Source: the human T2T-CHM13v2.0 reference genome, Homo sapiens. Taken from it: 64,000 nucleotides of DNA. The notes below the pieces were generated by a model that saw only the letters and a list, made by a program, of their open reading frames with translations, ran no database searches and had not been told where the DNA came from. Each line of letters opens with the position of its first letter. The first letter of the stretch is position 1. The DNA lies in the NCBI RefSeq assembly GCF_009914755.1, contig NC_060934.1; one strand, 5' to 3'. A program made the position numbers and the translations under genes. Of the stretch, positions 1-18,502 are shown piece after piece.

Positions 1-81
1 TAGAATCTTCTGAGCAGGGTCCAGCAGATACCACTCTTCCTGAGTGAAGTCCACACATACATCCTTGAATGACACTTGTTC
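1..81 (-). CDS. ZNF248: ZNF248 KRAB-A exon (partial, runs off window start)
   Basis: Reverse complement gives tattacag|GAACAAGTGTCATTCAAG..., translating to [27 protein letters not shown] behind a canonical AG acceptor; this matches the ZNF248 N-terminus as I recall it ([17 protein letters not shown]...). Confidence 0.93.
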
Positions 82-877
82 CTGTAATAGTATACTCTTT
101 TTACATGAAATGGTCAGAACTAGATGATACAGAAAAGATTTAAGAGAACTAATCTCTTTAGAGTTTACTAAAAAATGACAGGTTACCTCCCTCTGTGCTG
201 CTATACTATACAGAATACAAAATATCTTGTATAAATTGAGTTTCTACTAAGGGTCTGGAATTGTGCTAGCTGCTGCAAATCCTACTGGTGAAAACAGACA
301 AACATGGTCCCTGTTCCTAGAGTGCTTATGACCTGAAAAGGAGATACACAGAATAACATTTATTAAGTTGCAAACTGCAGGAACTAGCAGTGTGTACCAA
401 GGAGATTGAAGTTACAGAGGAAATATTAGTTGTTTCATATTACCTTTTACATTATCAAGTTAACTGTCATCAAGGAAGTAAAACTTTGTTATTAAAATAA
501 TGGGATTGAAATGAATATGACCAAGCTCAGCACATATTGATTCAAGTGACTGCCCCGCAGTCTACATGCCCATCAGAGAAAAGGATGAATCCTCTCCGCT
601 CAATGAGATCATCTTCTGGAGCTTCCACCAATGTTTCCAATGTTTCTTTTTTAAATACAATATTTGGTATCTAGTAAAAAAATTCATGGTATGTGAAGAG
701 ATAGGGACAATGAAAAAAAAGAAAAAAAAAGCAAACTCACAGGTGACCGTGATAGTAGAATTAACAAACAAGAACTTCAAAATGAATTATAATTAATATG
801 TTCAACAAAACAGAAGAAAATATTAACAAAATAAATGAGAAAATGAGGGAAGTTCAACACATACATGGTATGTGTGC

Positions 878-1464
878 TATACAGAAAAAGGTTAATACAG
901 CAAGCCTGAGACTACTAACCTTTGAAAGGTCTGCTACAAAAGATCACCGTTGATGGGCATTTGGGAACTTGGATTTCAGAAAGGTTCTGACCTTAACCTT
1001 CTCTGATAAGAACGGCTCACTAAGCCTGAGCTATAACCATAAGTAATATGGTTTATACTCAGTATGTGCATTGCTCCTGGGAGTCTAGAATTTTGGTACA
1101 TGATAGGCAGGAAGTACCTGTGACTAGCCTCTAATAAAAATTCTGGACACCAAATGTCTAGTGAGTTTCCTTGGTACACATTTTACGTGCGTTGTCACAT
1201 GTCATTGCTAGAGGAGTTAAGTGTGTTCTGTGAGACTCCATTGGGAGAAACCTCTAGGAATTTCGCTGATTTTGCTTTGTATCCTTTCACTACAATAAAT
1301 CATAGCCATAAGTATGACTATGGGTCTACAAGAAACAATACATCAGTAACAACTGACACACCTAGCACCCTAATTTTTGTTTCTAACGCCATGCTCCAAT
1401 ATATGCTGAGTCATCCTAGGACATCATTAATAACCTGGGGGTGGTCTCAAGACACCTCTTATAC
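878..1464 (+). mobile_element. MER68-like ERVL LTR with an ~80-bp foreign insert
   Basis: Resembles the recalled MER68 consensus (…ACAGAAAAAGGTTAA…CTGGGAGTCTAGAATTTTGGTAC…GGGGTGGTCTC). Confidence 0.6.
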
Positions 1465-1469
1465 ATGTA

Positions 1470-1512
1470 TACACAAACACACACACACACACACACATGC
1501 ACACACACATAC
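1470..1512. repeat. (CA)n microsatellite
   Basis: Directly visible AC repeat. Confidence 0.9.
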
Positions 1513-1559
1513 ATAAAATGGACATTCTAGATCTGAAAAGTACAATATCTGAAATTAAG

Positions 1560-4180
1560 AGCTTATTGGATGGGTTCAAAATCATATTAAAGAAGACATA
1601 ATCTGAAACATTTATGCATTTAACGAAAGACTATCAAAATACATAAGGCAAAAACTGAGAGGAGTAAAAGGAGAACTTGGAAATATACACCATAATTGGA
1701 GACTTAACACCCCTGTAAGTACTGATGGATCAAGCAGGCAGAAAATCAGTAGGTACATATATGACCCAAAATAGCACTATCAACCAACCTGATCTAAGTG
1801 ACATTTATACAATACTTCATCCCAAACAATAAAATACACATTCTATCCTTCTGTTCGTGTTCACATGTAACATTCACCAACACAGAACATATTTTGGGCC
1901 ATAAAACACACCTTAACGAACTTAATGCAATAGCTATCATAAAAAACACATGTTCTCAGACTACAATGGAATTAAATAGAAACCAATAAGCAAGACGGCT
2001 GAAAAATCCTCCAAATACCTGAAAGCTAAACAACCATACAAATAACCTATAGATCAAAGAGGAAGTCTCAAAAGAAATTTTTAAATGTTTTAAATGAAAA
2101 CACTACTTATCAAAATTTATGGGATGCAGAGACAGTAGTTCACAGAGAGAAATTTATAACATCAAATTCATGTTTTGCTCTGCAAAAGATGCTTCTACAA
2201 AAATGAAAAAACAAACCACAGACTGAGAAAAAATATTTGCAAACACTTACCTAAAAAGGTGTTAGAAGCAGAATATGCAAAAGGACCCTCAAAACTCAAT
2301 AATAAGAACACAAATTATGCAACTTGAAAAATAGGCAAAAGATCTGAATGGTCACGTCACCAAAGACAGACCAATAGCAAATACACATATGAACAGATGC
2401 TCACCATCATGTGTCATTAAAGAAACAAAAATGAGATACCATAATATTTATTAAAATGGTTAAATTCAAAACAATGACAGTATCAATTTTAAGTTCAGAT
2501 GCAGAATAACAGGAATTTTGATTCACAATTGGTGGGAGTGCAAAATGATACAGCACCTGTGGAAGACAGTTTGGCAATTTCTTACAAAGCTAAACAATCT
2601 AAATTAGCCGGGTGTAGTGGCACACACCTGTAATCCCAGCTACTCGGGAGGCTGAGGAAGGAGAATCACCCAAACCGGAAGGCAGAGGTTGCAGTGAGCC
2701 GAGATTATGCCACTGCACTCCAGCCTGGACAAGAGTGAGACTATGTCTCAAAAAAAGAAAAAAGAAAAAAAGAAAACCAGTGCTCCTTTGAAAACCAGCT
2801 GCTTCTAGGTCTGGCAGGTATATAATGAGCCTGAAATCACTTCTGGTACCAGAAAATGAGAAAGTACTCAAATGAAAACACAATAGTGGGCTATGTCAAA
2901 GGGACACAGGAACCAATTGAAAACACAGCCTCATGGCCAAGCTGAAGCAGTTGGAACAACAAAATAACAAGGTATATGGTTAAACCAAAGGAAGATTCAG
3001 ATGAAAATCCTTCTTTAAGACTGTCTTCTCAGCTTCTCTGTTTTCTAGCATCTTGTGTCATAGATGAAAAGGCATATGTTCACATGATTTTTTATAGCTA
3101 TAAATAATCCCTCTCTAGAAGCTAGTAAAATTTTATCTGTGGATTTTTAAAATTTTTACCTGAATGTGTCTAAATGTGCACATTTCTAAAGATGTGTATT
3201 TAATTTCCAAGAATGTTTTGATGCTTATTTGTTTTTCAGTAATAGCCTGCTCTTGTTTTATGTGATGATGATCTACTGAAACTTTCTGAGGCAATGACTA
3301 AAAGTATTTATTTTAAAGTTATGTTCTATTTCCTAACTTAACTCTACTTCCTTTGGAGTAAATTTCTCTGACCACTTTGTTGTCCTTCTTTCATGCATTA
3401 AAAACAAAATTGTCTACCAAAAAAAAAAAAAAAGGTAGTGTTGGATTATAACCAAAGTATAAAATAACTAGCAATGAGTTCATACTAATATAAATAAATG
3501 CTTAAATAAGTAAACACAAAAGAACAGACAAATCTCCTGCACAGAATTCCTAATAATTTATATGGATACTCTGCCATCAAGGAGGTGTAGCGTAACTCTC
3601 CACTTCATTCCAAAGAGTACAGTTGAAAACGGAGGACAAAGGAGTAACTTTACAGTGGAGAAACATGACCACACTACCTCCACCAGGTAATCAACAGTGA
3701 TAAATCATGCTCATAGCATTTTCCCTTGATAGGATGTGACTGAATGACACTACCTCTGTAGTCTTCCTCTAAGAAACCCTAACCTCAGTCTAATAATGAG
3801 GAAGACAGTAGACAAATATCAACTGAGGGACATTCTACAAAACACCTGACTTGAACCCCTCAAAACTGTCAGGGTTATCAAAAACAAGGAAAGTCTGAGA
3901 AACTGTCACAGCTAAGAAGAGCCTAAGGAGACATGATGACTAAGTAGAATGTGGGCATCCTGGAACAGAAAAATTACATTAGGGAAAAATTAAGAAAATC
4001 CCAATAAAGTGGTCATCACTTAATAATATATCAGTATTGTTTCATTAATTGTGACAAATGTACTACATTAATATGTTAATGAAACTGTGTCTATGGGAGG
4101 TATATGGAAACTCTTTGTACTACTGTCTTCACAACTTTTCCATAAATCTAAAACTCTCCTAAAGCAGAAAGTTTATATAA
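1560..4180 (+). mobile_element. Old L1 (L1MC/L1MD-like) ORF2 remnants and 3'UTR, interrupted
   Basis: GDFNTP-like endonuclease remnant near 1695, ORF2 C-terminal remnant near 2200-2600, L1MD-type 3'UTR at 2775-4180. Confidence 0.65.
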
Positions 4181-4219
4181 TAAGAAAGAAACATACAAGA
4201 GGACAAGATTAATGAAGTG

Positions 4220-6800
<2,581 letters not shown>

Positions 6801-6854
6801 AAAAACAGCAACTGGCAGAAGTGAGTCCTTCCTTCTTAGAAACGACTTTAACTA

Positions 6855-6995
6855 TTTCCTTCCTTTCCTTTTCTTTTCCCTTCCCTTCCCTCTCCCCCTC
6901 CTCTTCCCTCCCCCTTCCCTCCCCCCTTCCTTCTTCCCTTCCCCTTTCCTTTCCCCTTCCTTCTCCTTCCCTCCTTCTCTCTCTTTCTTTCTTGT
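6855..6995. repeat. Polypyrimidine (CT-rich) low-complexity tract, derived from the tail of the minus-strand Alu at about 7000-7290
   Basis: About 140 nt of almost only C/T abutting the Alu 3' end. Confidence 0.85.
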
Positions 6996-7981
6996 TTTTT
7001 TGGAGATGGGGGTCTCACTCTGTGGTTCAGGCTGGAGTTCAATGGCTCCAACTAGGCTCACTGCAACCTCTGCCTCCCAGAGGCTGGCTCAAGCGATCCT
7101 TCCACCTGAACTTCCTGAGGAGCTGGGACTCCAGGCACGTGCCACCACACTGGGCTAATTTTTGTATTTTTTGTAGAGACAGGGTTTTGCCATGTCAGGC
7201 TGGTCTCGAACTCCTGGACTCAAGCGATTCACCTGCCTTAGCCTTCCAAAGTGCTGGGATTACGGGCAAGAGCCACCATGCTCGGCCACCTTTAATTCTA
7301 AATAGGTTAAATTCTTCCAAAAAAAAGGCAGAGATTGGCAGAATGGATTTAAAAAAAAAAAAAAACTCATGAAAAAAATTAAGTCACATTCACAGAGTTC
7401 AGTGGATCTTAAATAAGAATAAACAAAAGCTAAAACAAAATCAAAAGAGAACTTTAAAAGCAGCCATATAAAAACCCAAAACATTATGAAAAGACAACTT
7501 TAAAGTAAAAGGAAAAAACAAAAACTCAAAGGTAGAATTCTATATACAGCAAAAATAAAAGTTTAAGATTTTGGAAATCATAAACAGAGTAATGACAAAC
7601 AACAGATATGCATTATAAGAAACATCAAAGGGAATTTTCATGAAAAGGAAAAATGACCCAAACTAGAACTATGAAAAGGCAGGAAGGAGTGAAAAGCCTA
7701 GAAATGAAGGGGGATAAATGGAGTCAACATGTTTCAAAGTTACAGGTTTAGGTAGTACAATGAATAGTTTGTATTTCATTGTAATATGTCAAAAATGCTC
7801 CCTGTAACTTCTAGGATAACCACAAAAGAGTACCACAACACACCCAACAGAAGAGCAAAAATAAAAAATAAAATACCAAGTCTCAGGATGAATATGTGGA
7901 ATAAGAACATGCACGCACTGCTGCTGGCAAAGTAAACTGGTACAAACCTTGGGCAGCTGGCGAAATCAATGTATAATCTTC

Positions 7982-8216
7982 ATGTACTGATGTATGATTT
8001 TTGCCTGTAACTTCTGCTTTCCTGAAATGTACCATCACCTTTAAAAACCCTTGCTTATAAGCCATCAGGGATCACAGGTCTTAGGCGTTAACCACCTAAT
8101 TCTCCTTGCCCAATGCCCTGCAATAAATGCCTCCATTTCTCTTGCTGCAAATCCCAATGTCAGTTTTAGCTTTTTCTGTGTGCTTGGTGAGAGGACCCAA
8201 GTTTGGTTTGGTAACA
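7982..8216 (+). mobile_element. ERV LTR 3' fragment
   Basis: AATAAA and a terminal ...GGACCCAAGTTTGGTTTGGTAACA. Confidence 0.5.
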
Positions 8217-10344
8217 GAAAGAGGAATTATAGAATTCGAATTTCACCATTTTGCAATCTTTAATGAATTACTAAATTTAGACAATAATCAATGACTTTCA
8301 AACATTACAAAAAGACAATGAAGCCAGGTGCGGTGGCTCATTCCTGCAATCCCAGCACTTTGGGAGGCCAAAATGGGAGTATTGCCTGGGCCAAGGAGTT
8401 CGAGACCGGCTTGGTCAACAGGATCTGGTGGCAGGACCCTGTCTCTACAAAAAAAAAATTTTTTAATTGGACAGGTATAGTGGCATGCACCTGTAGTTCC
8501 AATTACTCAGTAGGCTAAGGCAGGAGGATCACTTGAGCCCAGGAATTCAAGGCTGGAGTGAGCCATGACTGAGCCAATGCACTCCAGCCTAGGGCACACA
8601 GCAAGATCCTGACTCAAGAAAACAAACAACAACAAACCGAGAGGACAATGAGATGTTATGTGGCCCTGATGGAAGTACACAACACAATCTATGATAAATT
8701 CTTAGCAAAACATAAGCATCAATCAGGATTAAGTTCAACTACTTAGAGAAAATACAGGGATCACAGAAACACGTTAAACATAACCACAGTGACACAACAA
8801 GGAAAATCTTCAATAAATACACTACAGTAAATAAAGATATGGAGAAGAAACATACACCTCACAAAGTCTTAAAGATAAAAGACATTTCAACCATATTTGA
8901 ATTCTGATTTAACAAATGTAAAAAAATGCAAAAACTGGGAAACACCGATTATACATTAAGAAATTTTCAAATTTTGTGTGGTAACTGTATTGTGGTGTTT
9001 TGTTGTTGTTGCTGCTGTTGTTTGAGACAGGGACTCACTCTGTGGCCCAAGCTGGAGTGCAGTGGCACAATCTCATCTCACTGCAACCTCCACTTCCTGG
9101 GATCAACTGATCCTCCCACCTCAGCCTCCTGAGTAGCTGGGTGTGAGCCACCATGCCCAGCTAACTTTTTATTTTTATTTTTATTTATTTATTTATTTTT
9201 TGAGACAGAGTCTCCCTCTGTCACCCAGGCTGGAGTACAGTGGCTCAATCTCAGCCACAAGATTACTATATACACATACATATTTTGTGGCTATAGTTCC
9301 TCACCACAACCTCCTCCACTAATATCCTAGTTATTTCTTATTTTAAAACACCATCTCATTTTGGGAAACTTTAAAGTACAACGGATTTAGGTAACAGTGT
9401 GGATTACTGCTCATTTTCTTAGCATGATAATTGTATTGTGGTTAGGTAAGTAAATGTCCTTATGCTGAAGAAATTCATACCAAGTTATTTAGGGGTAAAG
9501 TGTTATAATGTGGGTAACTTATTTTCAAACATATTTCAGAATAAAATGTATATACAGAGGAGAGATAAAGCAAATAAGGCAAAAATGTTAACTGCTGAAT
9601 CTAGGTAAAAATTATACAAGTGTTTATTTTGTTGGAAAATTTTCATATTAAAAGTTAAGAAAAAGGCCTCAACTTTCAGAGATACTTACTGATATGTTTA
9701 CAAAAAAAAATTATCTTGAATTTGATTCAAAATAATCTCAGCAGGAATGGGTCAAAGTAAAAGTGAGAGAACTCTGAGCTGATAACTGGGGAAGCTGAGA
9801 ATGGGTAGGTACATGGGGGTTAATATATTACTTTCTCACTTTTGTGTAAGTTTGCAATTTTCCAAAATAAAAAGCTAAAAGAAGAATGGGTATTTCTAGC
9901 CTGAAATAGATATTTATCTATCCTAACTCCAAAAATATCAGTGAAGAAACATAAAAGAGGCAGGGCACAGTGGCTCACGCCTGTAATCCCAGCACTTTGG
10001 GAGGCCAAGGTGGGTGAATCACCTGAGGTCAGGAGTTTGAGACCAGCCTAGCCAATGTGGTAAAACCCATCTCTACTAAAATACAAAAAAAAATTAGCTG
10101 CCCATAGTGGCACACACCTGCAGTCCCAGCTACTCGGGAGGCTGAGGCAGGTGAATCGCTTGAACCCAGGAGGAGGAAGTTGCAGAGAGTCAACATCACG
10201 CCACTGCACTACATCCAGCCTGGGCAACAGAACGATACTCCCTCTCAAAAGAAAAAAGAAAAACAGAATACAGCCAGGCACAGTGGCTCATGCCTATAAT
10301 CTGAGCACTTTGAGAGGCTGAGATGGACAGATCGCCTGAGCTCA

Positions 10345-10675
<331 letters not shown>

Positions 10676-11550
10676 TCAAGCACAGCCACCAGCTTGGAGA
10701 TGTTCTAGGTTCTGGCAGGAAACCTGCTGGATTTCTTACCTATTATGTTTCCTTACCAATTCATCTACAATCCTTGAATTGGCCTTTCCATTGTGGGAGA
10801 CAGTAATAGAGGACACACTTCTCAACAGCTGAGTGAATTCACATTAGCTACCTGTGCTGATCAAACTAGTTCTTCACTTTTAAATATGAATGGAAAATAA
10901 AGATTTACTAGATATTTGAGGAAAAGCAACAGCATAAAGCATACTCACCAAGATGACTAGAAATGAATGCTAAGAAACCAAATCAATATAAGAAATAGAA
11001 ATGGAAAATTAATCCTAATATCTTCAAACAGATTTTTAAAACTATTCATTCCATAAACCAAGAACACACTGCCATGATAAGCTTTCAGGGAGAAAGAAAG
11101 AGCAGTAAGAAATTAACAACAGGCCAGACATGGTGGCTCACACCTATAATCCCAGCACTTTGAAAGACTAAGGCGGATCACCTGAGCACAGGAATTTGAG
11201 GCTGCAGTCAGCTATGACTACTGACTACTACACCACTGTATTCCAGCCTGGGTAACAGAGTGAGATCCTGTCTTTAAAGAAAAAAAAAAAAGGAAAGAAA
11301 TTTAAAAACATGGTTAAATTGTAAGATTTTCACAAATGGTGAAAAATTTTTTAAATATTTCAAAGAAACGGCCGGGCACAGTGGCTCACGCCTTGTAATC
11401 CCAGCACTTTGGGAGGCCAAGGCGGGCGGATCACCTGAAGTCAGGAGTTCAAGGCCAGCCTGGCTAACAAGGTGAAACCCCGTTTCTACTAAAAATACAA
11501 AAAAAAATTAGACGGGTGTGGTGGAGGGCGCCTGTAGTCCCAGGTACTCA

Positions 11551-11652
<102 letters not shown>

Positions 11653-11839
11653 TCAAAAAAAAAAAATTTTTCAAAGAACCCTTAAAGATGTTTTAGAAAT
11701 AGAATGAACATGGAAGACAGTACAAAAGAGAAATAAAAATAAATATAAAGAAGTTCAGGGGGCCGGATGCAGTGGTTCACGCCTGTAATCCCAACACTTT
11801 GGAAGGCCAAGGCATGTGGATCACAAGGTCAGGAGTTCA

Positions 11840-12084
<245 letters not shown>

Positions 12085-12329
12085 CTACCCCAAATGCCCA
12101 GCTAAGGGAGCCTAAAGCTCCTTGTATATTAAATAGCTGTCACATTACAAGTGAGCAATTTAAACTGTACCAACTCTCTTTGAACAGCGTTTGCAATTCA
12201 ACAAGATTTAGTAATACAGAACAGTCATAAATAGTTGCTAAATGAATGAATGACTTGATTAAGAAAGATAAAAAATGCTAACTTCAGGGAAAGGAAAGAT
12301 ATTTGCTGAAAAAATAGCAGAGTCAGTCA

Positions 12330-14560
<2,231 letters not shown>

Positions 14561-14599
14561 GTCACTGCACTCCAGCCTGGGTGACAGAATAAGACCCTA

Positions 14600-14722
14600 T
14601 CTCTCTCTATATATAGATATAGATATATAGATACAATATATATTTATATATGTTATATATGTAAAATATGTATTTATATATGTAATATATGTATTTATAT
14701 ATGTAATTATATATTTCATATA
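14600..14722. repeat. (TA)n-rich simple repeat
   Basis: Directly visible. Confidence 0.85.
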
Positions 14723-14840
14723 GAAACAGTACACACATTTTGTGTTTTTATTTAATTTAGAGAACTCAGAGATCTAATAGGTGTAACTGCAGTACCAAAA
14801 GGAAAGTAGAGAATATTTGATGAAAAGAAAAGGCAGATAA

Positions 14841-15042
<202 letters not shown>

Positions 15043-15306
15043 TGACCTCGTGATCTGCCCGCCTTGGCCTCCCAAAGTGCTGGGATTTACAGGCGTGAGC
15101 CACCGTGCCAGGCCAAGGCTGAGAATTTTTAAAATGACAAGGATATCATACCTCAGAACCAACCCCTGCCAAAATACTACAGGATAAATATAGAGAAAAC
15201 CAAACCAAGTTATATTAAGTAACAATTGCTGAAAACCAAAAGAAAAGAGAAAATCTCATAACCAACCAGAGGAAAAAAGATCAATTGCCTTCAAGGGGGA
15301 GGATGA

Positions 15307-15528
<222 letters not shown>

Positions 15529-18265
15529 TAGTAGAGACGGGGTTTCTCCATGTTGGTCAGGCTGGTCGCGAACTCCCGACCTCAGGTAATCCACCCACCT
15601 CGGCCTCCCAAAGTGCTGGGATTACAGGCAGGAGCCACGGTGCCCGGCCACCGGAATGGTATTTTTAAAGTGCTAAAAAGAAAAGAAAAAAAAAGCTCTC
15701 ACTCCAGAATTCTGTCTTTAGTGAAAATATCCTTCAAAATGAAGAAACACAGACATCTTTAAACAAAAAAAAATGACGAATCTGTCACCAAAAGATCTGC
15801 ACAAGAAACAATAAAACTTCTTTGGGGTAAAGGCAAATAACTGTAGATGAAGCATGATATTGCAAAAGGGAAGAAAAAGCACAGTAAAGGGCAATTATTT
15901 CAGTAAATACGAAAGCCTACCCACTCTCTAAAGTCGTAATACTAAAGATACCTTGTGGGGTTCAGAACACAAGGAGAAGAAAGCATCAAAACAACAGCAC
16001 ACATCGGGGGGTGGAGTAAATGGAATGATACTGTAGTAATTTAATTAAGTTTCTACATACAAGTAAACTCCAAATGGATTAAAGATTTAAACATAAAATG
16101 CATAAAAGTATTAGAATACATGGGCAGATTCTTTATAATCAAGTGGGAAGGACTTTCTAACTATGTCTCCAAATGCTATCAGTCCAAAACCATAAGGAAA
16201 AGATTAATAAACTGGACAACAAAAATAACCAAATATTTCTGCATAGGGAAAAACACCATGAACAATTATCAAAAGACAAATGATATACCAAAAAATAATG
16301 GCTTGCAACTCATATAATACACAAGGGTAAAAGACACTGGGGGGGAAAAAAGACCAGACAACCCAAAAGAAAAATAGGCAAAAGATACTAACAGTTAAGT
16401 TCATAGAAAAATAAATATAAGACACCCTTAGACACACGAAAACGTATTCAACCTCACTCAGTGAAGAAAATCGCAGATGCAAACTATATGAAATACCACT
16501 TTTTACCTATCGGTTGCCCCAAATCCAAAAGTTGAACCACATATTCTATGGGAGGAGCTGTGAAGAAATAAGCATTCCCATGCATTGCCAATGGGAAAAC
16601 AAAATAATACTATCTCTAGGACAGGCATTCCCACTAAGCTGATCAAGTTCTGGGAATTCATCTAATATATAAACATATACACACAAAATTATAAATGTAC
16701 AAGGTTATTCATTACCACATGGTTTGTCATAGCAAACAGCTGGAAGTAGTTTAATGAACTATGGACTTGAATTACTAGGCAATTGTGACAAAGAGAGAAA
16801 ATGCTATTCATGTTCTGTCAGAGAAACATCTGTATGCTGTTAAGTGAAAAAGGAATAATGGAAAATAGTGTGTAAGTCAACCATCAGAATCAGCTTAAGC
16901 TGGAGGTTTATCAGAACTTCAGAATAAAGGACCCCATCCACAGCTACTAAATCAGAACCTGCATGTTAAAAAGATGCCAGGAATGCACAATCACATATAA
17001 GTTTGATAAGCCCTAGAGATAACAGATTCCTTTTTAAGTAAACTGAGGAAGCAAATAAGAATATACATACATATTTTCTTTAAACTGGATAAAGAAACAC
17101 TGGCAAAGTAAACCAAAAACTAGAAAAAAAATAGACATCTTTGGTAGGTTGACCATACATTCCAGTAAGTCTGGGACTGTCCCAATATATGCCAGTTGTC
17201 TCAGCATAATTATTTATAGAACCTCTTTCACTCTCAGTGAAAATGTCTCGGTTTTAATGATTAAATGTCACCCTACCTGGAGAAACTGCATGAACAGAGG
17301 AAGGGAGTGTGAATATATATGTACATCTTTTGTTATCACTTATACTTTTAAAAAAGTAAAAGTAATGTATTATTACATTAATGTATTATTAATTCAAAAG
17401 CACTTTATTAAGGAAAAAAAATGAAACCAGTCAGGAAAAACAGACCGAGAAGAACCTAAGTAGGCTAAGGATGGAAATGCACGCATAAGCAATGCCTGGA
17501 GCAAAAAGAAAAGATGCCTTCATGAGGACTAGGGAGGGAATCAAAGTTAGGAAAGGACAGCTCAGAGGGTGGCATTACAGACACCAACAGAGGAGACTCT
17601 CCAAACAAAGACCATGGTTAACAATATATGCAGCAGACCAGGCAAGTAATGCAAAGGCAAAAACATGCACTAGCCTTGACTATGATTTGGTGGCCTTTGC
17701 CAGAACTGATTCAGGTGAGTTTAGGTGAGGGAATAAGGTTGCATTCATCAGATTGAAACATAAATGAGAAACACAGAAACAAGTCGGAACTGTCAGTGAT
17801 TCAACCTAGAAATAAGAACGAGCTGACACAAACAGTTAGGGAAAACTGTTTTGAGGACATGCAGTCCCTCCATTCCTCCACATCGTCAAGGTTTTATTCC
17901 TGGATCAAACAGGACCATCAAACCTCAGCGTTTGTTCTCCTGAAAAGCATATGCACTGAGTTCTGCTCTGTAACTGTGTTCTTTGTTTCTACAAAGAAAT
18001 ACTTATAGACAATTTACTGCATTTATTTCAGAATTGTTACTAGAACAATTAGAGATAATATTACAATAACTTGGATAATTCTGCAAAATTAAAAATCCTG
18101 CATCTAATTTGCCAACTGCACTATTTTGGATTTGCTACTTCAGTTTTATTTCCCTTAATGTCAATTTTTGCCTATTTCTATTTTTCCATTTTCAAAACAT
18201 AAACCCTTATAAACTTCAGAAATCCATTTTTAAACAAACTGGGAATAAAGAAACAAGAATCTCAC

Positions 18266-18280
18266 CTGGGATTTGTTCAT
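18266..18280 (-). CDS. ZNF248: ZNF248 start codons MNKSQ (within exon 18266-18307)
   Basis: Minus strand reads ...ccttcag|ctctccttcctccactaagagcggaaaATGAACAAATCCCAG|gtgag; the phase-0 donor joins the KRAB-A exon in frame. Confidence 0.92.
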
Positions 18281-18404
18281 TTTCCGCTCTTAGTGGAGGA
18301 AGGAGAGCTGAAGGATTAGAAAGGAAGAATGTCAGGAGAGCCTTCGCCGGCCTTGCAGTTCGGAGATTCACCTGCCTATACAGGTCCACACACAAGATAC
18401 TTAC

Positions 18405-18502
18405 GTGTCCATGTGTGGCTCCGATATATGCTGAGCTCAGACATGACACTTTTCACTGAGTGAATGTAAATATTTCTTATTGATTTATTACCAATTTAGG
18501 TT
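18405..18502 (-). other. ZNF248: ZNF248 5'UTR exon (98 nt)
   Basis: Pyrimidine tract plus cacag acceptor at 18503, CAC|gtaagt donor at 18404, and a 97-nt intron to the ATG exon. Confidence 0.75.

Noticed and set aside
6821-7372. 183-aa Pro/Ser-rich ORF and K/G/E-rich antisense ORFs
   Set aside because: Low-complexity CT tract plus Alu.
17880-17939. Possible alternative terminal exon of ZNF248 (minus-strand AG acceptor plus AATAAA)
   Set aside because: Weak pyrimidine tract; such motifs arise by chance in AT-rich DNA.
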